Of a DNA stretch of 64,000 nucleotides, positions 8,731 through 20,196 are shown piece by piece; position 1 is the first letter of the stretch; each line of letters opens with the position of its first letter. This DNA comes from an uncultured Actinomycetes bacterium. GTDB taxonomy: Bacteria; Actinomycetota; Actinomycetes; S36-B12; UBA10799. The translations under genes and the position numbers were made by a program. Under the pieces are notes generated by a model. That model did not search any database. It worked only from the letters and a program-made list of their open reading frames with translations, and was not told where the DNA came from. The stretch is from assembly GCA_963842975.1 (NCBI GenBank), contig CAWJIH010000009.1, positions 460,310-524,309 on the forward strand, given 5' to 3'.

Positions 8731-10398
8731 ATGACTCCCGAGGCCCTTGCCGATGTGATCCGCGCCGCCATCTCGGAGGCCATAGCCAATGGTCCCTTGC
8801 AGGTGCCAGAGGACGCTGTGCCGCAAGAGATCGTGGTGGAGCGCCCGCGCAACCCTGAGCACGGAGATTATGCGACCAACGTCGCGATGCGGCTGGCTAA
8901 GCCGGCAGGTAAGCCGCCGCGGGAGATCGCCGAAATCCTGGCAGCGCAGATCGGCAATTCCGCCGGGGTCGCTTCCGCCGACGTGGCGGGCCCTGGGTTC
9001 ATCAACATCACCCTCGACACAGCTGCTGCTGGCCAGATTGCAGCGAGTGTGGTGGCTGCGGGTGATTCCTATGGCACCACCGACGCCTTGGCAGGGGTGG
9101 CAGTCAACGTCGAATACATCTCGGCCAACCCCACCGGCCCGTTGCACCTGGGGCACACCCGGTGGGCCGCGGTCGGGGATGCGCTGGCGCGGGTGCTTGC
9201 CGCTGCGGGTGCTGACGTAACCCGCGAGTTCTACGTCAATGATCGCGGCGTGCAGATGGATCGATTCGGCGAATCACTGCTGGCCGCTGCCAAGGGCCGA
9301 CCCGCTCCGGAAGATGGCTACCACGGCGGCTACATCCTCGACCTTGCCGCCACTATCGTCGCTGACCGGCCGGAACTGCTGGAACTTCCCGAGGACCAGG
9401 CAATGGTGGAGTTCCGCGAGGAGGGCTACCAGCGGCAGCGGGCGCAGCAGGAGGCCGTGCTTGGGGTGTTCCGGACTCATTTCGATGTCTGGTACTCCGA
9501 GCGGCACCTGCACGACAGCGGAGCGGTGGAACGGGGGTTGGCGGCACTGCGGCAAGGAGGGCACGTCTATGTCGCTGACGACGCTACCTGGCTGCGCACC
9601 ACGGACTTCGGCGACGACAAGGATCGGGTGCTCATCAAGAGCGACGGCGAGATGACGTACTTCGCCTCCGACAGTGCCTACTACGTGGACAAGCGCACCC
9701 GCGGTTTCGACGTGAACATCTACTTGCTCGGTGCCGACCACCACGGCTATGTCAATCGTTTGCGTGCGCTGGCCGGTTGTGCCGGTGACGACATGGACTA
9801 CAACATCGAGGTTTTGATCGGGCAGTTGGTGAAGATCTATCGCGGCGGCGAGGAGGTGCGCTTGTCCAAGCGCGCCGGCGACATCGTCACCCTGGAAGAT
9901 CTCGTCGACGAGGTGGGCGTGGATGCGGCGCGCTATTCGCTGATCCGCTATCCGGCCGACTCACCGCTCACGCTGGACCTCGACTTGTTGGTGAAGCGGA
10001 CGAACGACAACCCGGTGTTCTACGTGCAATATGCGCACGCCCGGATCTCCTCAGTGCTCCGGCACGCAGCGGAGTTGGGCATCGACTGGCAGGGCTCAGA
10101 GTTTGATCCGTCGCTGCTGGGCCACCCGCGCGAAGGCGACCTCTTGGGCGTGATCGCCGAACTCCCGGGAACAGTGGCTGGGGCCGCAGAGTTGCGCGAA
10201 CCACACCGGGTGGCCAGGTATCTGGAAGAGCTTGGCACGGCGTATCACAAGTTCTATGACTCCTGCCGGGTCCTACCTCGCGCCGACGAAGTCAGCACCG
10301 AGACCTCCATCGCCAGGCTTTGGCTGTGCGCGGCTGCGCGCCAGACCCTAGCCAATGGGTTGGGAATGCTGGGTGTTTCGGCACCGGAGCGGATGTGA
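8731..10398 (+). CDS. argS: arginine--tRNA ligase
   Basis: 555 aa. Class I HIGH-type motif ANPTGPLHLGHTR, and the conserved C-terminal anticodon-binding region ending ...GVSAPERM. Confidence 0.95.
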   Translation: MTPEALADVIRAAISEAIANGPLQVPEDAVPQEIVVERPRNPEHGDYATNVAMRLAKPAGKPPREIAEILAAQIGNSAGVASADVAGPGFINITLDTAAAGQIAASVVAAGDSYGTTDALAGVAVNVEYISANPTGPLHLGHTRWAAVGDALARVLAAAGADVTREFYVNDRGVQMDRFGESLLAAAKGRPAPEDGYHGGYILDLAATIVADRPELLELPEDQAMVEFREEGYQRQRAQQEAVLGVFRTHFDVWYSERHLHDSGAVERGLAALRQGGHVYVADDATWLRTTDFGDDKDRVLIKSDGEMTYFASDSAYYVDKRTRGFDVNIYLLGADHHGYVNRLRALAGCAGDDMDYNIEVLIGQLVKIYRGGEEVRLSKRAGDIVTLEDLVDEVGVDAARYSLIRYPADSPLTLDLDLLVKRTNDNPVFYVQYAHARISSVLRHAAELGIDWQGSEFDPSLLGHPREGDLLGVIAELPGTVAGAAELREPHRVARYLEELGTAYHKFYDSCRVLPRADEVSTETSIARLWLCAAARQTLANGLGMLGVSAPERM

Positions 10399-11819
10399 GC
10401 CGGGCACACCCGGCAGGTCCGCTGCACGGGGATTTGCTGACCGCCACCGAGTTGCCCGCACCACCGGCAACCGCCGCGGGTGGCGAACTCGATCCGCTCA
10501 CTTGGTCGACCCACACCCGGCGTAACGATGCCGGGGAGATGGAGGTGGCGGGTGTCGGGGTGCGGGCCCTTGCTGAGGCCTATGGCACACCGCTGTTTGT
10601 GCTCGACGAAGCTGACCTTCGCGGCCGAGCACGTGGATACGTCAACGCATTTGCCGGGGTCAACCCACCTGGCGTCGACGTGTACTACGCCGGCAAAGCG
10701 TTCCTGGCATCGTCAGTGGCGCGCTGGGTGAGCGAAGAGGGCATGAGAATCGACGTATGCACGGGCGGCGAGTTGGAACTGGCGTTGCGCAGCGGAGTGC
10801 CGGGGGAGCGGTTACTGTTCCACGGCAACAACAAGTCAGTCACGGAACTCGCCGCCGGTCTGGCTGCTGGCGTTTCCCGATTCGTCGTTGACTCATTCGA
10901 TGAGCTTGCGAAGCTGTCCGAGTTGGCCGCCGCGCGCGGAGTGCGGGCGCCAGTGATGATCAGGGTCACGCTGGGTGTGGAAGCCCATACCCACGAATTC
11001 ATCGCGACTGCTCACGAGGACCAGAAGTTCGGATTTTCGCTCGCCTCTGGCCGGGCGGCCGAAGCCGTGCGACGCGTGATCGAGGATCCCCATGTGCAGT
11101 TGATCGGGATCCACAGCCACATTGGATCGCAGATCTTCGTGGCCGCCGGTTTTGAGGTGGCGGCGGCCCGGGCAGTGGCGTTCCTGGCCAGCATCCGCGA
11201 CGACTTCGGTGTCGAGGTTGCCGAACTGAATCTGGGTGGTGGCCTCGGCATCCGCTACACCCTCGATGACACGCCGATCGACATTGACCACATGGCCGGC
11301 CAATTGGTGGACATCGTGGCGGCGGAGTGCGCACGCCGAGATCTCCCCATGCCGAGGCTCGCCTTCGAACCTGGCCGGGCAATCGTGGGGCCGTCGACGC
11401 TGACGCTTTATGAAGTCGGCACCGTGAAGCCTCGCAGCCTGGAACGCGGTGGCACGCGCGTGTATGTGAGTGTGGACGGCGGCATGAGCGACAACATTCG
11501 CACTGCGCTCTACGACGCCGACTACACGATCACGCTCGCCAACCGGGTCTCGGATGCGCCCGCTGTGCGTACTCGGGTGGTGGGCAAACACTGTGAAAGT
11601 GGCGACATCGTGGTGCGCAACGTGTGGCTGCCCGGTGACATCGCACCGGGGGACTTGCTGGCCGTTGCAGCCACCGGGGCGTACAACAGATCCATGGCCA
11701 GCAACTACAACCTGGTCACGAAGCCTGCGGTGGTGAGCGTCGCCGATGGCCGTTCCTCGGTGGTGCTGCGCCGCGAAACACTTGCGGACCTCTTCGCAAC
11801 TGACCCCGGATTGGCGTGA
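10395..11819 (+). CDS. lysA: diaminopimelate decarboxylase
   Basis: PLP-Lys motif YAGKAF, plus EPGRAIVG and CESGD. Start placed at GTG 10395, which overlaps the argS stop (GTGA). The longer track ORF from 10320 runs through the argS 3' end. Confidence 0.93.
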   Translation: MSRAHPAGPLHGDLLTATELPAPPATAAGGELDPLTWSTHTRRNDAGEMEVAGVGVRALAEAYGTPLFVLDEADLRGRARGYVNAFAGVNPPGVDVYYAGKAFLASSVARWVSEEGMRIDVCTGGELELALRSGVPGERLLFHGNNKSVTELAAGLAAGVSRFVVDSFDELAKLSELAAARGVRAPVMIRVTLGVEAHTHEFIATAHEDQKFGFSLASGRAAEAVRRVIEDPHVQLIGIHSHIGSQIFVAAGFEVAAARAVAFLASIRDDFGVEVAELNLGGGLGIRYTLDDTPIDIDHMAGQLVDIVAAECARRDLPMPRLAFEPGRAIVGPSTLTLYEVGTVKPRSLERGGTRVYVSVDGGMSDNIRTALYDADYTITLANRVSDAPAVRTRVVGKHCESGDIVVRNVWLPGDIAPGDLLAVAATGAYNRSMASNYNLVTKPAVVSVADGRSSVVLRRETLADLFATDPGLA

Positions 11820-11826
11820 GAACCTG

Positions 11827-13152
11827 ATGTCCATGACCGACTCCCTGAAAGTCGCCATGCTCGGCGGTGGCACCGTTGGGTCCCAAGTGGCCCGGTTGAT
11901 GACTGAGAACTCCGATGACCTGGCCGCCCGTGCCGGTGCGAGGCTGGACCTCGTCGGAGTCGCAGTCCGCGACACGGGACGTTCCCGCGACGGTATCGAC
12001 GACGCTCTGCTGACCGATGATCCGGCGGCGTTGGTCGCGCGGGAAGACGTCGACATTGTTGTTGAGGTCATGGGTGGGCTGGAGCCGACCGCGGAGCTGC
12101 TGCTGGCGGCAATGGCGAACGGGGCCAGCGTGGTGTCGGCGAATAAGGCGCTGATCGCAACCGAGGGCCCGATGCTGCACGCAGCCGCCGAGGCCAACTC
12201 GGTGGACCTGTACTACGAGGCCGCGGTTGCCGGTGCGATTCCGTTGTTGCGGCCGCTGCGCGAGAGTCTGGTGGGCGACCGGGTGCGCCGGGTGCTCGGG
12301 ATCGTCAACGGAACCACCAACTACATCCTCACCAAGATGGACGAAGACGGTGCGGCCTACGACGAGGTGCTGGCAGAGGCCCAGCGCCTCGGATACGCAG
12401 AAGCGGATCCCACTGCCGATGTTGAGGGTCTTGACGCGGCGGCGAAGGCCGCGATTCTGGCTGGTCTTGCCTTCCACTCGGCGGTGTCGCTGGATCAAGT
12501 CGCGTGCGAAGGTATTTCCCGACTTAGCCAAGAGGACATCACCGCCGCCCGGGAGGCTGGGTTCGTCGTCAAACTGCTGGCAGTAGCCGAGATCGTGCCG
12601 GCTGCCGGAGGTGGTGAGGCCGGCATCGTGGTGCGCGTGCATCCTGCGATGGTGCCGCGTTCCCACCCACTTGCCAGTGTTCGGGATGCCTACAACGCGG
12701 TGTTCGTCGAAGCCGAAGCCGCAGGTCAGGTTATGTTCTATGGTCGCGGTGCCGGCGGTGAGCCAACGGCCAGCGCGATCCTCGGCGACCTAGTCGCGGT
12801 GGCGCGTAACCGCCTTGCGGGCCGACCCGGACCGGGCCGGTCGGACTATGCCGGCCTCAAGGTGCTTCCGCTCGGCCGGGCAATCACCCGGTACTCGGTC
12901 AGTTTGGTGGTTCACGACCGTCCAGGTGCATTGGCTGCGGTAGCGCAGGCATTCGCTGACGGGGGTGTGTCGCTGCAAAGCGTGCGCCAAGAGGGTGGCA
13001 TGGAAGAAGGCGTGCCCGATGCGGGCCTGCTGGTGCGCACTCACTTGGCGAACGAAGCTGACTTGCAGGCTGTGGTCGAGCGCCTTCGCGCGTTGGCGGA
13101 AGTCAAAGAGATCGTTGGCGTGATTCGCGTCGAAGGAGGCCCCGACCTATGA
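11827..13152 (+). CDS. hom: homoserine dehydrogenase
   Basis: NAD-binding [13 protein letters not shown], catalytic-domain motifs, and a C-terminal ACT-like domain. Start at ATG 11827 (aa 28 of track ORF 11746..13152). Confidence 0.93.
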   Translation: MSMTDSLKVAMLGGGTVGSQVARLMTENSDDLAARAGARLDLVGVAVRDTGRSRDGIDDALLTDDPAALVAREDVDIVVEVMGGLEPTAELLLAAMANGASVVSANKALIATEGPMLHAAAEANSVDLYYEAAVAGAIPLLRPLRESLVGDRVRRVLGIVNGTTNYILTKMDEDGAAYDEVLAEAQRLGYAEADPTADVEGLDAAAKAAILAGLAFHSAVSLDQVACEGISRLSQEDITAAREAGFVVKLLAVAEIVPAAGGGEAGIVVRVHPAMVPRSHPLASVRDAYNAVFVEAEAAGQVMFYGRGAGGEPTASAILGDLVAVARNRLAGRPGPGRSDYAGLKVLPLGRAITRYSVSLVVHDRPGALAAVAQAFADGGVSLQSVRQEGGMEEGVPDAGLLVRTHLANEADLQAVVERLRALAEVKEIVGVIRVEGGPDL

Positions 13153-14213
13153 CCGGAGCGCATATCTGGCGCGGCGTGATTGAGGAATATCGCGCCCGGT
13201 TGCCCGTGACGGAAGCGACTCCGGTGGTCACGTTGTGCGAAGGCGGGACGCCACTGGTCATCGCTCAGCGAGTGTCAGAAATCACCGGGTGCGAGGTGTA
13301 CCTGAAGGTGGAGGGCACCAACCCGACCGGGTCGTTCAAGGACCGCGGGATGACGATGGCGATCTCCAAAGCGGCCGAAGAGGGCGCCAAGGCAGTGATT
13401 TGCGCCTCCACCGGGAACACTTCGGCGAGTGCCGCGGCATATGCAACCCGGGCCGACATGGTCTGCGCAGTGCTCGTTCCGGCCGGCAAGATCGCCATGG
13501 GGAAACTGGCCCAGGCACTCGTGCACGGTGCAGTGCTGCTGCAGGTGGACGGCAACTTCGATGATTGTCTGGTGTTGGCCCGGGATCTCTCGGAGCACTA
13601 CCCGGTGTCGCTGGTCAATTCGGTCAACCCTGTGCGCATCGAAGGTCAGAAGACCGCGAGTTTCGAAATTGTCGATCAGCTCGGCGACGCTCCAGACATC
13701 CACTGCCTGCCTGTGGGGAACGCGGGAAACATCACCGCCTACTGGAAGGGGTACGTCGAATACGCAGCAGACGGCGAAGCCGCCCAGACCCCGCGCATGT
13801 GGGGTTTCCAGGCTGCCGGTGCTGCTCCGATTGTGCGGGGAACACCGGTGGCCAAACCGCAGACCATCGCCACCGCGATCCGGATCGGCAAACCTGCGTC
13901 ATGGCAACAGGCTGAAGCGGCCCGAGACACCTCCGGCGGCATGATCGACATGGTGACTGACCGTGCGATTCTCGCCGCCTACTACTTGCTGGCCAGCAAG
14001 GAGGGCGTGTTCGTTGAGCCAGCCTCGGCGGCGTCGGTGGCGGGGTTGCTGAAGGCTCACGCGGCAGGCCTGCTCGACCCCGGTCAACGAGTGGTGTGCA
14101 CCGTCACCGGCAACGGCCTCAAGGACCCAGAGTGGGCGTTGTCATCGGCACCCGCTCCGCTGGGAATCGAGGCTGATGTTGAGGTCGCAGCGCGGGCTCT
14201 AGGCCTAGTGTGA
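13149..14213 (+). CDS. thrC: threonine synthase
   Basis: PLP-Lys motif [10 protein letters not shown]. Stop/start overlaps with hom and thrB. Confidence 0.95.
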   Translation: MTGAHIWRGVIEEYRARLPVTEATPVVTLCEGGTPLVIAQRVSEITGCEVYLKVEGTNPTGSFKDRGMTMAISKAAEEGAKAVICASTGNTSASAAAYATRADMVCAVLVPAGKIAMGKLAQALVHGAVLLQVDGNFDDCLVLARDLSEHYPVSLVNSVNPVRIEGQKTASFEIVDQLGDAPDIHCLPVGNAGNITAYWKGYVEYAADGEAAQTPRMWGFQAAGAAPIVRGTPVAKPQTIATAIRIGKPASWQQAEAARDTSGGMIDMVTDRAILAAYYLLASKEGVFVEPASAASVAGLLKAHAAGLLDPGQRVVCTVTGNGLKDPEWALSSAPAPLGIEADVEVAARALGLV

Positions 14214-15176
14214 GCGACGCCGTGGAATCGTTGCGGGTTCACGCGAGTGTGCCCGCGACCTCGGCCAATCTAGGTCCGGGATTCGATTCACTGGGAGTGG
14301 CGCTGGAGTGGCGCGACGACTACACCGCCGACATCGTCCTGGGATCCCCAGCGGTACCGGAATCGCCGGAAGTTGCGGTGACCGTGTCGGGCTTTGGGGC
14401 GGACGGATCGGTGTCACGTGGATCCGACAATCTCATCATCAGATCAATGCTGGCCGGAGTCGCAGCCTGGGATGGCCCTGCCCTGTCGCGGGTCGATTTG
14501 GCGTGTTCCAACGCGATCCCACACGGCAGCGGGATGGGTTCATCGTCGGCTGCGATCGTGGGTGGACTTGCCTTGGCCCGAGCGCTGTGTCCGCCGGAGT
14601 CGGTCAGTGATGCCGAACTGTTGGTAATGGCCACCGAATTGGAGGGTCACCCGGACAATGTTGCGGCCGCGGTCTATGGCGGCTTCACGATCAGTTGGAC
14701 TGGGCCGCATCACTTCCGCAGCACTCGGCGAGTCGGCCAAGCTGCCCGTTTCACGCCGACGCCCGACTTGGTGCCGATTGTGGCTATGCCGCCGGCGTCG
14801 ATATCAACTTCGCATGCCCGCAGCGTGCTGCCAACGCAGGTGGATCTGGCAGATGCGGTGTTCAACTTGTCCCGGAGTGCATTGTTGACGGCCGCCATGA
14901 CGACCATGCCGCACCTCATCTTATTCGGCGACCGAGGACCATCTCCACCAACAGCAACGGGCCGGTGTGTACCCGGCCAGCCATGCGCTCATGTCGGTCC
15001 TGCGGTTGGACGGCTATGCCGCCGCGATCTCCGGTGCCGGACCAACCGTGATCACTTTGGTTCCGACCCCTGACGCAGCGCAGGTCACCCGCGAGATCAT
15101 CGAATACACCGGCAGCAGTTGGGATGTGCGACCCTGCAAGTTCGCAGTCGATGGGGTCCGCGCTGAGCGCAGCTGA
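14210..15176 (+). pseudogene. thrB: homoserine kinase, interrupted by an apparent 1-nt insertion near 14927
   Basis: GHMP kinase motif PHGSGMGSSSA in ORF 14210..15073. The conserved C-terminus ATEDHLHQQQRAGVYPAS...ISGAGPTVITL is in the next frame (ORF 14967..15176, open from 14898). Skipping nt 14927 restores ...MPHLILF|ATEDHLHQ.... Confidence 0.85.
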
Positions 15177-15371
15177 AACGCCATTTGGAAGACAGCAACG
15201 GGGCAGTGTTCGTGTTTCCGCGTGTGCGGTGATACTCTCGGAAAGGTCGAACGGTCAGTTCCCGACCACGTTTCGCGGCCTCGCCCCGTCAAATAGAATC
15301 GCGGGCCCCTTTTTGGTTTCGCGTTCTGCCACATTGCGACGGTCGCTTCATTCAATTCGTCCTGAAAGGAC

Positions 15372-17183
15372 ATGGCAATAACAGTGACTGACACCACTAT
15401 CGTTGAGGCATCCTCGACGCGTTCTGGAGGCCTTTCTTCCATGCTGCTTCCTGAACTCAAGAAACTCGCTGGCCAACTGGGCATCAGTGGGGTCTCTGGA
15501 ATGCGGAAAGCCGATCTGATTTCGGCTATCAGTGCCCGCCAAGGCGGATCGTCGGCCTCCAGATCGAACGCATCACGACCGCCGGCTGAGACCCACACCA
15601 GTGCGCCGAAACGCCCCGAGTCGGCGAAATCGTCGGCCCCCCAGGAAACCACATCCAACTCTGAGCAAAGTCGGGAAACCGTGTCTGATCAGCCGTCGCA
15701 AAGCGGTCAGCAGGAGTCATCTGAGCGGGCCTCAAAGCCTGCGCAGCAAGGTTCGTCCGAGTCGAAGGACCAGCCTGCGCAGCAAGGTTCGTCTGAATCC
15801 AGGGACCAGCCTGCGCAGCAAGGTTCGTCCGAGTCGAAGGACCAATCCGAACAGCAGCGCCGCGAACAGCAGCCACGCCGCAATAGCGGCAACGACGACG
15901 AACAGCGCACAGGCAATCGCAACCGCAGGCGTCGTCGTGGCCGTGATCGCAATCGCAACGACAACCGCGACAACCGCGAGAACCGGGGAAATCGTCAGCG
16001 CGACTTAGACGCCGAGCCCGAGGTGGCCGACGGCGACGTGCTGGTGCCGATCTCCGGTGTGCTCGACGTCCTGGACAACTACGCCTTCGTGCGGACTAGT
16101 GGCTATCTTCCGGGTCCCAACGACGTCTACGTGTCGCTGTCGATGGTCCGTCGGCAGGGACTGCGCAAGGGCGACATCATCGTCGGTGCGATCAAGCAGG
16201 TGCGCGAAGGGGAACAGCGCCAGAAGTTCAACCCGCTGGTGCGCATTGATCAAGTCAACGGACTTGAGCCGGCGCAGGCCCGGAATCGGGTGGACTTCTC
16301 CAAACTCACCCCGCTGTATCCGCAGGAGCGGTTGCGGCTGGAAAACGACCCCACGAACCTCACCACCCGCGTGATTGACCTCGTTGCGCCCATTGGCAAG
16401 GGCCAACGTGGGCTGATCGTCTCGCCACCCAAAGCTGGCAAGACGATGGTGCTGCAGCGGATCGCGAACGCGATCACCGAGAACAACCCTGAGTGCCATC
16501 TGATGGTCGTGCTCGTTGACGAGCGGCCTGAGGAAGTCACCGACATGCAGCGGTCCGTGAAGGGTGAAGTAATCGCCTCCACCTTCGACCGCCCCGCGGA
16601 AGACCACACGACGGTTGCCGAACTCGCCATTGAGCGCGCCAAGCGACTGGTGGAAATGGGTATGGACGTCGTCGTGCTGCTCGATTCGATGACCAGGCTC
16701 GGTCGTGCGTACAACCTCGCGGCGCCCGCGTCCGGCCGGATCCTTTCCGGTGGTGTCGACTCCGCCGCGCTGTACCCGCCGAAGAAGTTCTTCGGCGCGG
16801 CACGCAACATCGAAAACGGTGGTTCACTCACCATCCTCGCCACCGCGCTGGTGGACACCGGATCCCGGATGGACGAGGTGATCTTCGAGGAGTTCAAGGG
16901 CACCGGCAACATGGAGTTGAAGCTGGATCGCCGCCTAGCGGACAAGCGGATTTTCCCGGCTGTGGACGTTGAGGCCTCAGGCACTCGTAAAGAGGAACTG
17001 CTGCTGGCTCCGGACGAACTGAAGGTGGTCTGGAAGTTGCGGCGGGTGCTGCACGCACTTGACTCCTACCAGTCGATCGAACTGCTGTTGGGCAAGTTGC
17101 GCAAGACCAAGACCAACTACGAGTTCCTGATGCAGGTTGCCAAGACCACCCCTGGCTCCGACGACGTCCCCGGGGACACCTGA
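15372..17183 (+). CDS. rho: transcription termination factor Rho with a ~165-aa disordered N-terminal insertion
   Basis: Rho_N helix bundle ([14 protein letters not shown]), then an S/Q/E- and R/N-rich insertion (aa 58-222). This is followed by the CSD-like RNA-binding domain ([20 protein letters not shown]), Walker A PPKAGKT and the RecA-type ATPase core. Confidence 0.95.
   Translation: MAITVTDTTIVEASSTRSGGLSSMLLPELKKLAGQLGISGVSGMRKADLISAISARQGGSSASRSNASRPPAETHTSAPKRPESAKSSAPQETTSNSEQSRETVSDQPSQSGQQESSERASKPAQQGSSESKDQPAQQGSSESRDQPAQQGSSESKDQSEQQRREQQPRRNSGNDDEQRTGNRNRRRRRGRDRNRNDNRDNRENRGNRQRDLDAEPEVADGDVLVPISGVLDVLDNYAFVRTSGYLPGPNDVYVSLSMVRRQGLRKGDIIVGAIKQVREGEQRQKFNPLVRIDQVNGLEPAQARNRVDFSKLTPLYPQERLRLENDPTNLTTRVIDLVAPIGKGQRGLIVSPPKAGKTMVLQRIANAITENNPECHLMVVLVDERPEEVTDMQRSVKGEVIASTFDRPAEDHTTVAELAIERAKRLVEMGMDVVVLLDSMTRLGRAYNLAAPASGRILSGGVDSAALYPPKKFFGAARNIENGGSLTILATALVDTGSRMDEVIFEEFKGTGNMELKLDRRLADKRIFPAVDVEASGTRKEELLLAPDELKVVWKLRRVLHALDSYQSIELLLGKLRKTKTNYEFLMQVAKTTPGSDDVPGDT
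15738..15845 (+). repeat. 3 x 36-bp in-frame tandem repeat inside rho
   Basis: Units at 15738-15773, 15774-15809 and 15810-15845 (CCTGCGCAGCAAGGTTCGTCCGAGTCGAAGGACCAG, with few substitutions). They encode PAQQGSSES(K/R)DQ x3. Confidence 0.9.
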
Positions 17184-17275
17184 CCTGCCGCGTACCTGCG
17201 ATACTTGACCTCCGGTTCTGCGGTTCACGCCATCCGGGCGACCCGCATTCCGACGATCCAAGGAGACAATCCAGC

Positions 17276-17494
17276 ATGAAGCCCGACATTCACCCCGCCT
17301 ACGGGGAGACAACCGTGACCTGCAGTTGCGGAAGCACCTTCGTCACCCGCAGCACCGCAAAGAACGGCGTGATCCACGCCGAGGTGTGCAGCGAGTGCCA
17401 CCCCTTCTACACCGGCAAGCAGAAGATTCTCGACTCTGGTGGTCGGGTCGCGCGCTTCGAGAAGCGGTTCGGCAAGAAGACTGCGTCGAAGTAA
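17276..17494 (+). CDS. rpmE: 50S ribosomal protein L31 (Zn-ribbon type)
   Basis: 72 aa, MKPDIHPAY..., with Cys motifs CSCG...[10 protein letters not shown]. Confidence 0.95.
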   Translation: MKPDIHPAYGETTVTCSCGSTFVTRSTAKNGVIHAEVCSECHPFYTGKQKILDSGGRVARFEKRFGKKTASK

Positions 17495-18568
17495 GTGTTT
17501 GAACGCTGCGACGAGTTGGTCGCCGAATACGACCAACTCGAGCAGCGCCTGGCTGATCCGGCCTTGCATGCCGATCAGGTGGAGGCACGGCGAGTGGGAA
17601 AGCGGCACGCCATGCTCCGCCCCACGGTGGAGACTTATCGGCGTTGGCTGCAACTCGGTGACGACCTTGGCGCTGCTGAGGAACTAGCGGAAGATGACGC
17701 TGCGTTCGCAGCCGAGGCCAAAGAACTCGCCGCTGTGCGCGCGCAGGTGGGTGACGACCTCGCCGCGTTGTTGGTGCCGAGAGACCCGCTGGATGACTCC
17801 GACGTGATCCTGGAGATCAAGGCGGGCGAAGGTGGGGAGGAATCGGCGCTGTTCGCGGGCGACCTCGCCCGCATGTATCAGCGCTACGCCGAGTCCCGTG
17901 GCTGGCGGATCGAAGTCATTGACGCCGTGGACAGCGATCTCGGCGGCTACAAGGACTTGGCCCTAGCCATCAAGTCAACTGGCATCCCACAGCCGGGCGA
18001 CGCACCGTTTGCCCGGCTGAAATACGAAGGCGGCGTACACCGCGTGCAGCGGGTTCCGGTGACGGAGTCCCAGGGTCGAATCCACACCTCCGCCGCTGGC
18101 GTGCTGGTGTACCCAGAGACCGAAGACGTTGAGGTCGAAATTGACCTCAACGATGTTCGAGTTGACGTGTTTCGTTCCTCAGGCCCGGGGGGCCAAAGCG
18201 TGAACACCACCGATTCGGCAGTTCGATTGACCCATGTGCCCACTGGCATTGTGGTGAGCTGCCAGAACCAGAAGTCGCAACTGCAGAACAAGGAACAGGC
18301 CATGCGCATTCTGCGGGCTCGAATGGTGGCGGTTGCGGAGGAAAAGGCCGCCGAGGAAGCCTCCGCCATGCGCAAGTCGCAGGTGCGGACAGTCGACCGG
18401 TCCGAGCGGATCCGTACCTACAACTTCCCGGAAAATCGAATCGCCGACCACCGCACCGGCTTCAAGGCCTACAACCTCGATGCGGTGTTGGAAGGTGAAC
18501 TCGACCCAGTGGTGCAATCCTGCATCGACGCCGACACCGCGACCCGGTTGGCAGGCGACCCGGAGTGA
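17495..18568 (+). CDS. prfA: peptide chain release factor 1
   Basis: GGQ motif [11 protein letters not shown] and the RF1-type PxT tripeptide (PVT). The GTG start directly abuts the rpmE stop. Confidence 0.95.
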   Translation: MFERCDELVAEYDQLEQRLADPALHADQVEARRVGKRHAMLRPTVETYRRWLQLGDDLGAAEELAEDDAAFAAEAKELAAVRAQVGDDLAALLVPRDPLDDSDVILEIKAGEGGEESALFAGDLARMYQRYAESRGWRIEVIDAVDSDLGGYKDLALAIKSTGIPQPGDAPFARLKYEGGVHRVQRVPVTESQGRIHTSAAGVLVYPETEDVEVEIDLNDVRVDVFRSSGPGGQSVNTTDSAVRLTHVPTGIVVSCQNQKSQLQNKEQAMRILRARMVAVAEEKAAEEASAMRKSQVRTVDRSERIRTYNFPENRIADHRTGFKAYNLDAVLEGELDPVVQSCIDADTATRLAGDPE

Positions 18569-19509
18569 CCCAGCGGTTGGCCGGTTCGCCGTCACAGTTG
18601 CGGCGGTCAGTTCGGGATCGACTCGCTGCGGCCGGCATCGTCTCGGCCCAGGCCGAAGCGACGCTGCTGATTTCGGATGTTCTCGGGGTTGAACCTTCGC
18701 GGTTGGTGTTGGCGGCGGATCCGGATGATGCGCAGTTGGCACGAATCCGGGAGTACACGGAGCGACGAGCACGTCGCGAGCCGCTGCAGCACATCCTTGG
18801 CTGGGCCGGATTCCGTCGGCTCACGTTGGCCGTCGGCCCCGGGGTGTTCGTGCCCCGGCCGGAGACCGAGGTGCTGGTCGAGGAGTGTCTGTCGGCACTG
18901 CGCACCGGCGACAACGATGGCGACCTGGCGGCCGAATTGCGCAACCCCAGGGCTGTCGCAGTCGATCTCTGTGCGGGATCCGGGGCGGTGGCCTTGGCCC
19001 TGGCCGCGGAGTTTCCGGGTTCCCAGGTGTTCGCCGTGGAACGCGAAGAAGCTGCATTCGGCTGGCTCCAGCACAACATCGACAAGCATCAACAGGTGCT
19101 GCGCGGTCGCGGCTCGCAGGTAGTTGGCGTCCACGCCGACGCTTGCCACGATCCGCTGCACTCGCTCAACGGGCGGGTTGACGTAGTGGCCAGCAACCCG
19201 CCCTACATCCCGGTCGACTGCGTGCCACGCGATCCCGAGGTTGCTTTGCACGACCCCCCAGCAGCACTGTACGGCGGCCGGGACGGGTTGGAGATTGTCC
19301 GGGAACTGATCATCACCGCCGCTCGGCTGCTTCGGCCTGGCGGGTTCGTGGCGATTGAGCATGGCGAAGAGCAAGGCGAAACCTACCGGCACGGCGGCGT
19401 CCCCGGGCTCCTGCGTGAGTCCGGATGGTTCGACGATGTCCACGATGTGACCGATCTGGCCGGCCGCCCGCGGGTTGCCGTGGGTCGCAGGCGTTCCGCG
19501 ACTGGTTAG
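18565..19509 (+). CDS. prmC: release factor glutamine N5-methyltransferase
   Basis: SAM-binding DLCAGSG and catalytic NPPY (SNPPYIP). Overlaps the prfA stop. Confidence 0.9.
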   Translation: MTQRLAGSPSQLRRSVRDRLAAAGIVSAQAEATLLISDVLGVEPSRLVLAADPDDAQLARIREYTERRARREPLQHILGWAGFRRLTLAVGPGVFVPRPETEVLVEECLSALRTGDNDGDLAAELRNPRAVAVDLCAGSGAVALALAAEFPGSQVFAVEREEAAFGWLQHNIDKHQQVLRGRGSQVVGVHADACHDPLHSLNGRVDVVASNPPYIPVDCVPRDPEVALHDPPAALYGGRDGLEIVRELIITAARLLRPGGFVAIEHGEEQGETYRHGGVPGLLRESGWFDDVHDVTDLAGRPRVAVGRRRSATG

Positions 19510-19519
19510 GGCACCACTG

Positions 19520-20170
19520 CTAGGGCACCACAAGTTCCGGGCAGATGTGCCGCAGCCGATCGGTCGGGACCGAACCGGCGCGCAGCAACTGTGGCGGGGT
19601 CACGGCCACATTGACCACGGCTGACGACCGAGCCGGATCCATCGGCCCGGAATCGAGGTAAACCGCAATCGCATCGCCGAGTTGCGTTTCGGCTTCCGCA
19701 CAGGTCAGCGGCACTGGCATGGCCGAGTAGTTCGCCCCGGTCGCGGCAAGTGGTCCGGTGGTGTCGAGTAAATCGAGCGCGACGGGGTGCAACGGCATGC
19801 GGACAGCCACCGACGATTCCGGGTCGACGTCCCAAGCCAACGAGGGCTGCTGCCGGGCGATCAGTGTGAGTGGACCTGGCCAGAGCGCGGCGATTAGGTC
19901 TCGACCGGCTTGTGGCAGCGAGTAGGTGAGGGCGTCGACCACGGCTGGTGAGCCGATCAGGACCGGCAAAGCGGCGTCGCTTGGGCGCCCCTTTGCTGCG
20001 CGCAGTGCGGCGGTCGCGGATGCCCGGAAGGCATCGCAGGCAACCGCATATGCCGAATCGGTGGGGAAGACCACAAGTGCGCCGCGCTTGATGGCGGCTG
20101 CTGCCGCGCCCAAGCCGGTGGCGCGGTCCTGGGGGTCCGTGCAGTCGTACCGCTGGCTCATGGCGGCCAT
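19520..20170 (-). CDS. tsaC: L-threonylcarbamoyladenylate synthase (YrdC/Sua5 family)
   Basis: YrdC-domain features ([44 protein letters not shown]). Start at Met 20170 or 20161. It is on the strand opposite to the surrounding operon. Confidence 0.8.
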   Translation of the reverse strand: MAAMSQRYDCTDPQDRATGLGAAAAAIKRGALVVFPTDSAYAVACDAFRASATAALRAAKGRPSDAALPVLIGSPAVVDALTYSLPQAGRDLIAALWPGPLTLIARQQPSLAWDVDPESSVAVRMPLHPVALDLLDTTGPLAATGANYSAMPVPLTCAEAETQLGDAIAVYLDSGPMDPARSSAVVNVAVTPPQLLRAGSVPTDRLRHICPELVVP

Positions 20171-20196
20171 TCTTGCCCGTGCGTAGACTGAGCGCC

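Noticed and set aside
15738-15845. Possible CRISPR-like array, suggested by the regular 36-bp repeats.
   Set aside because: The repeats are directly tandem with no spacers, are in frame inside rho, and encode a repeated peptide. No cas genes are present in the window.
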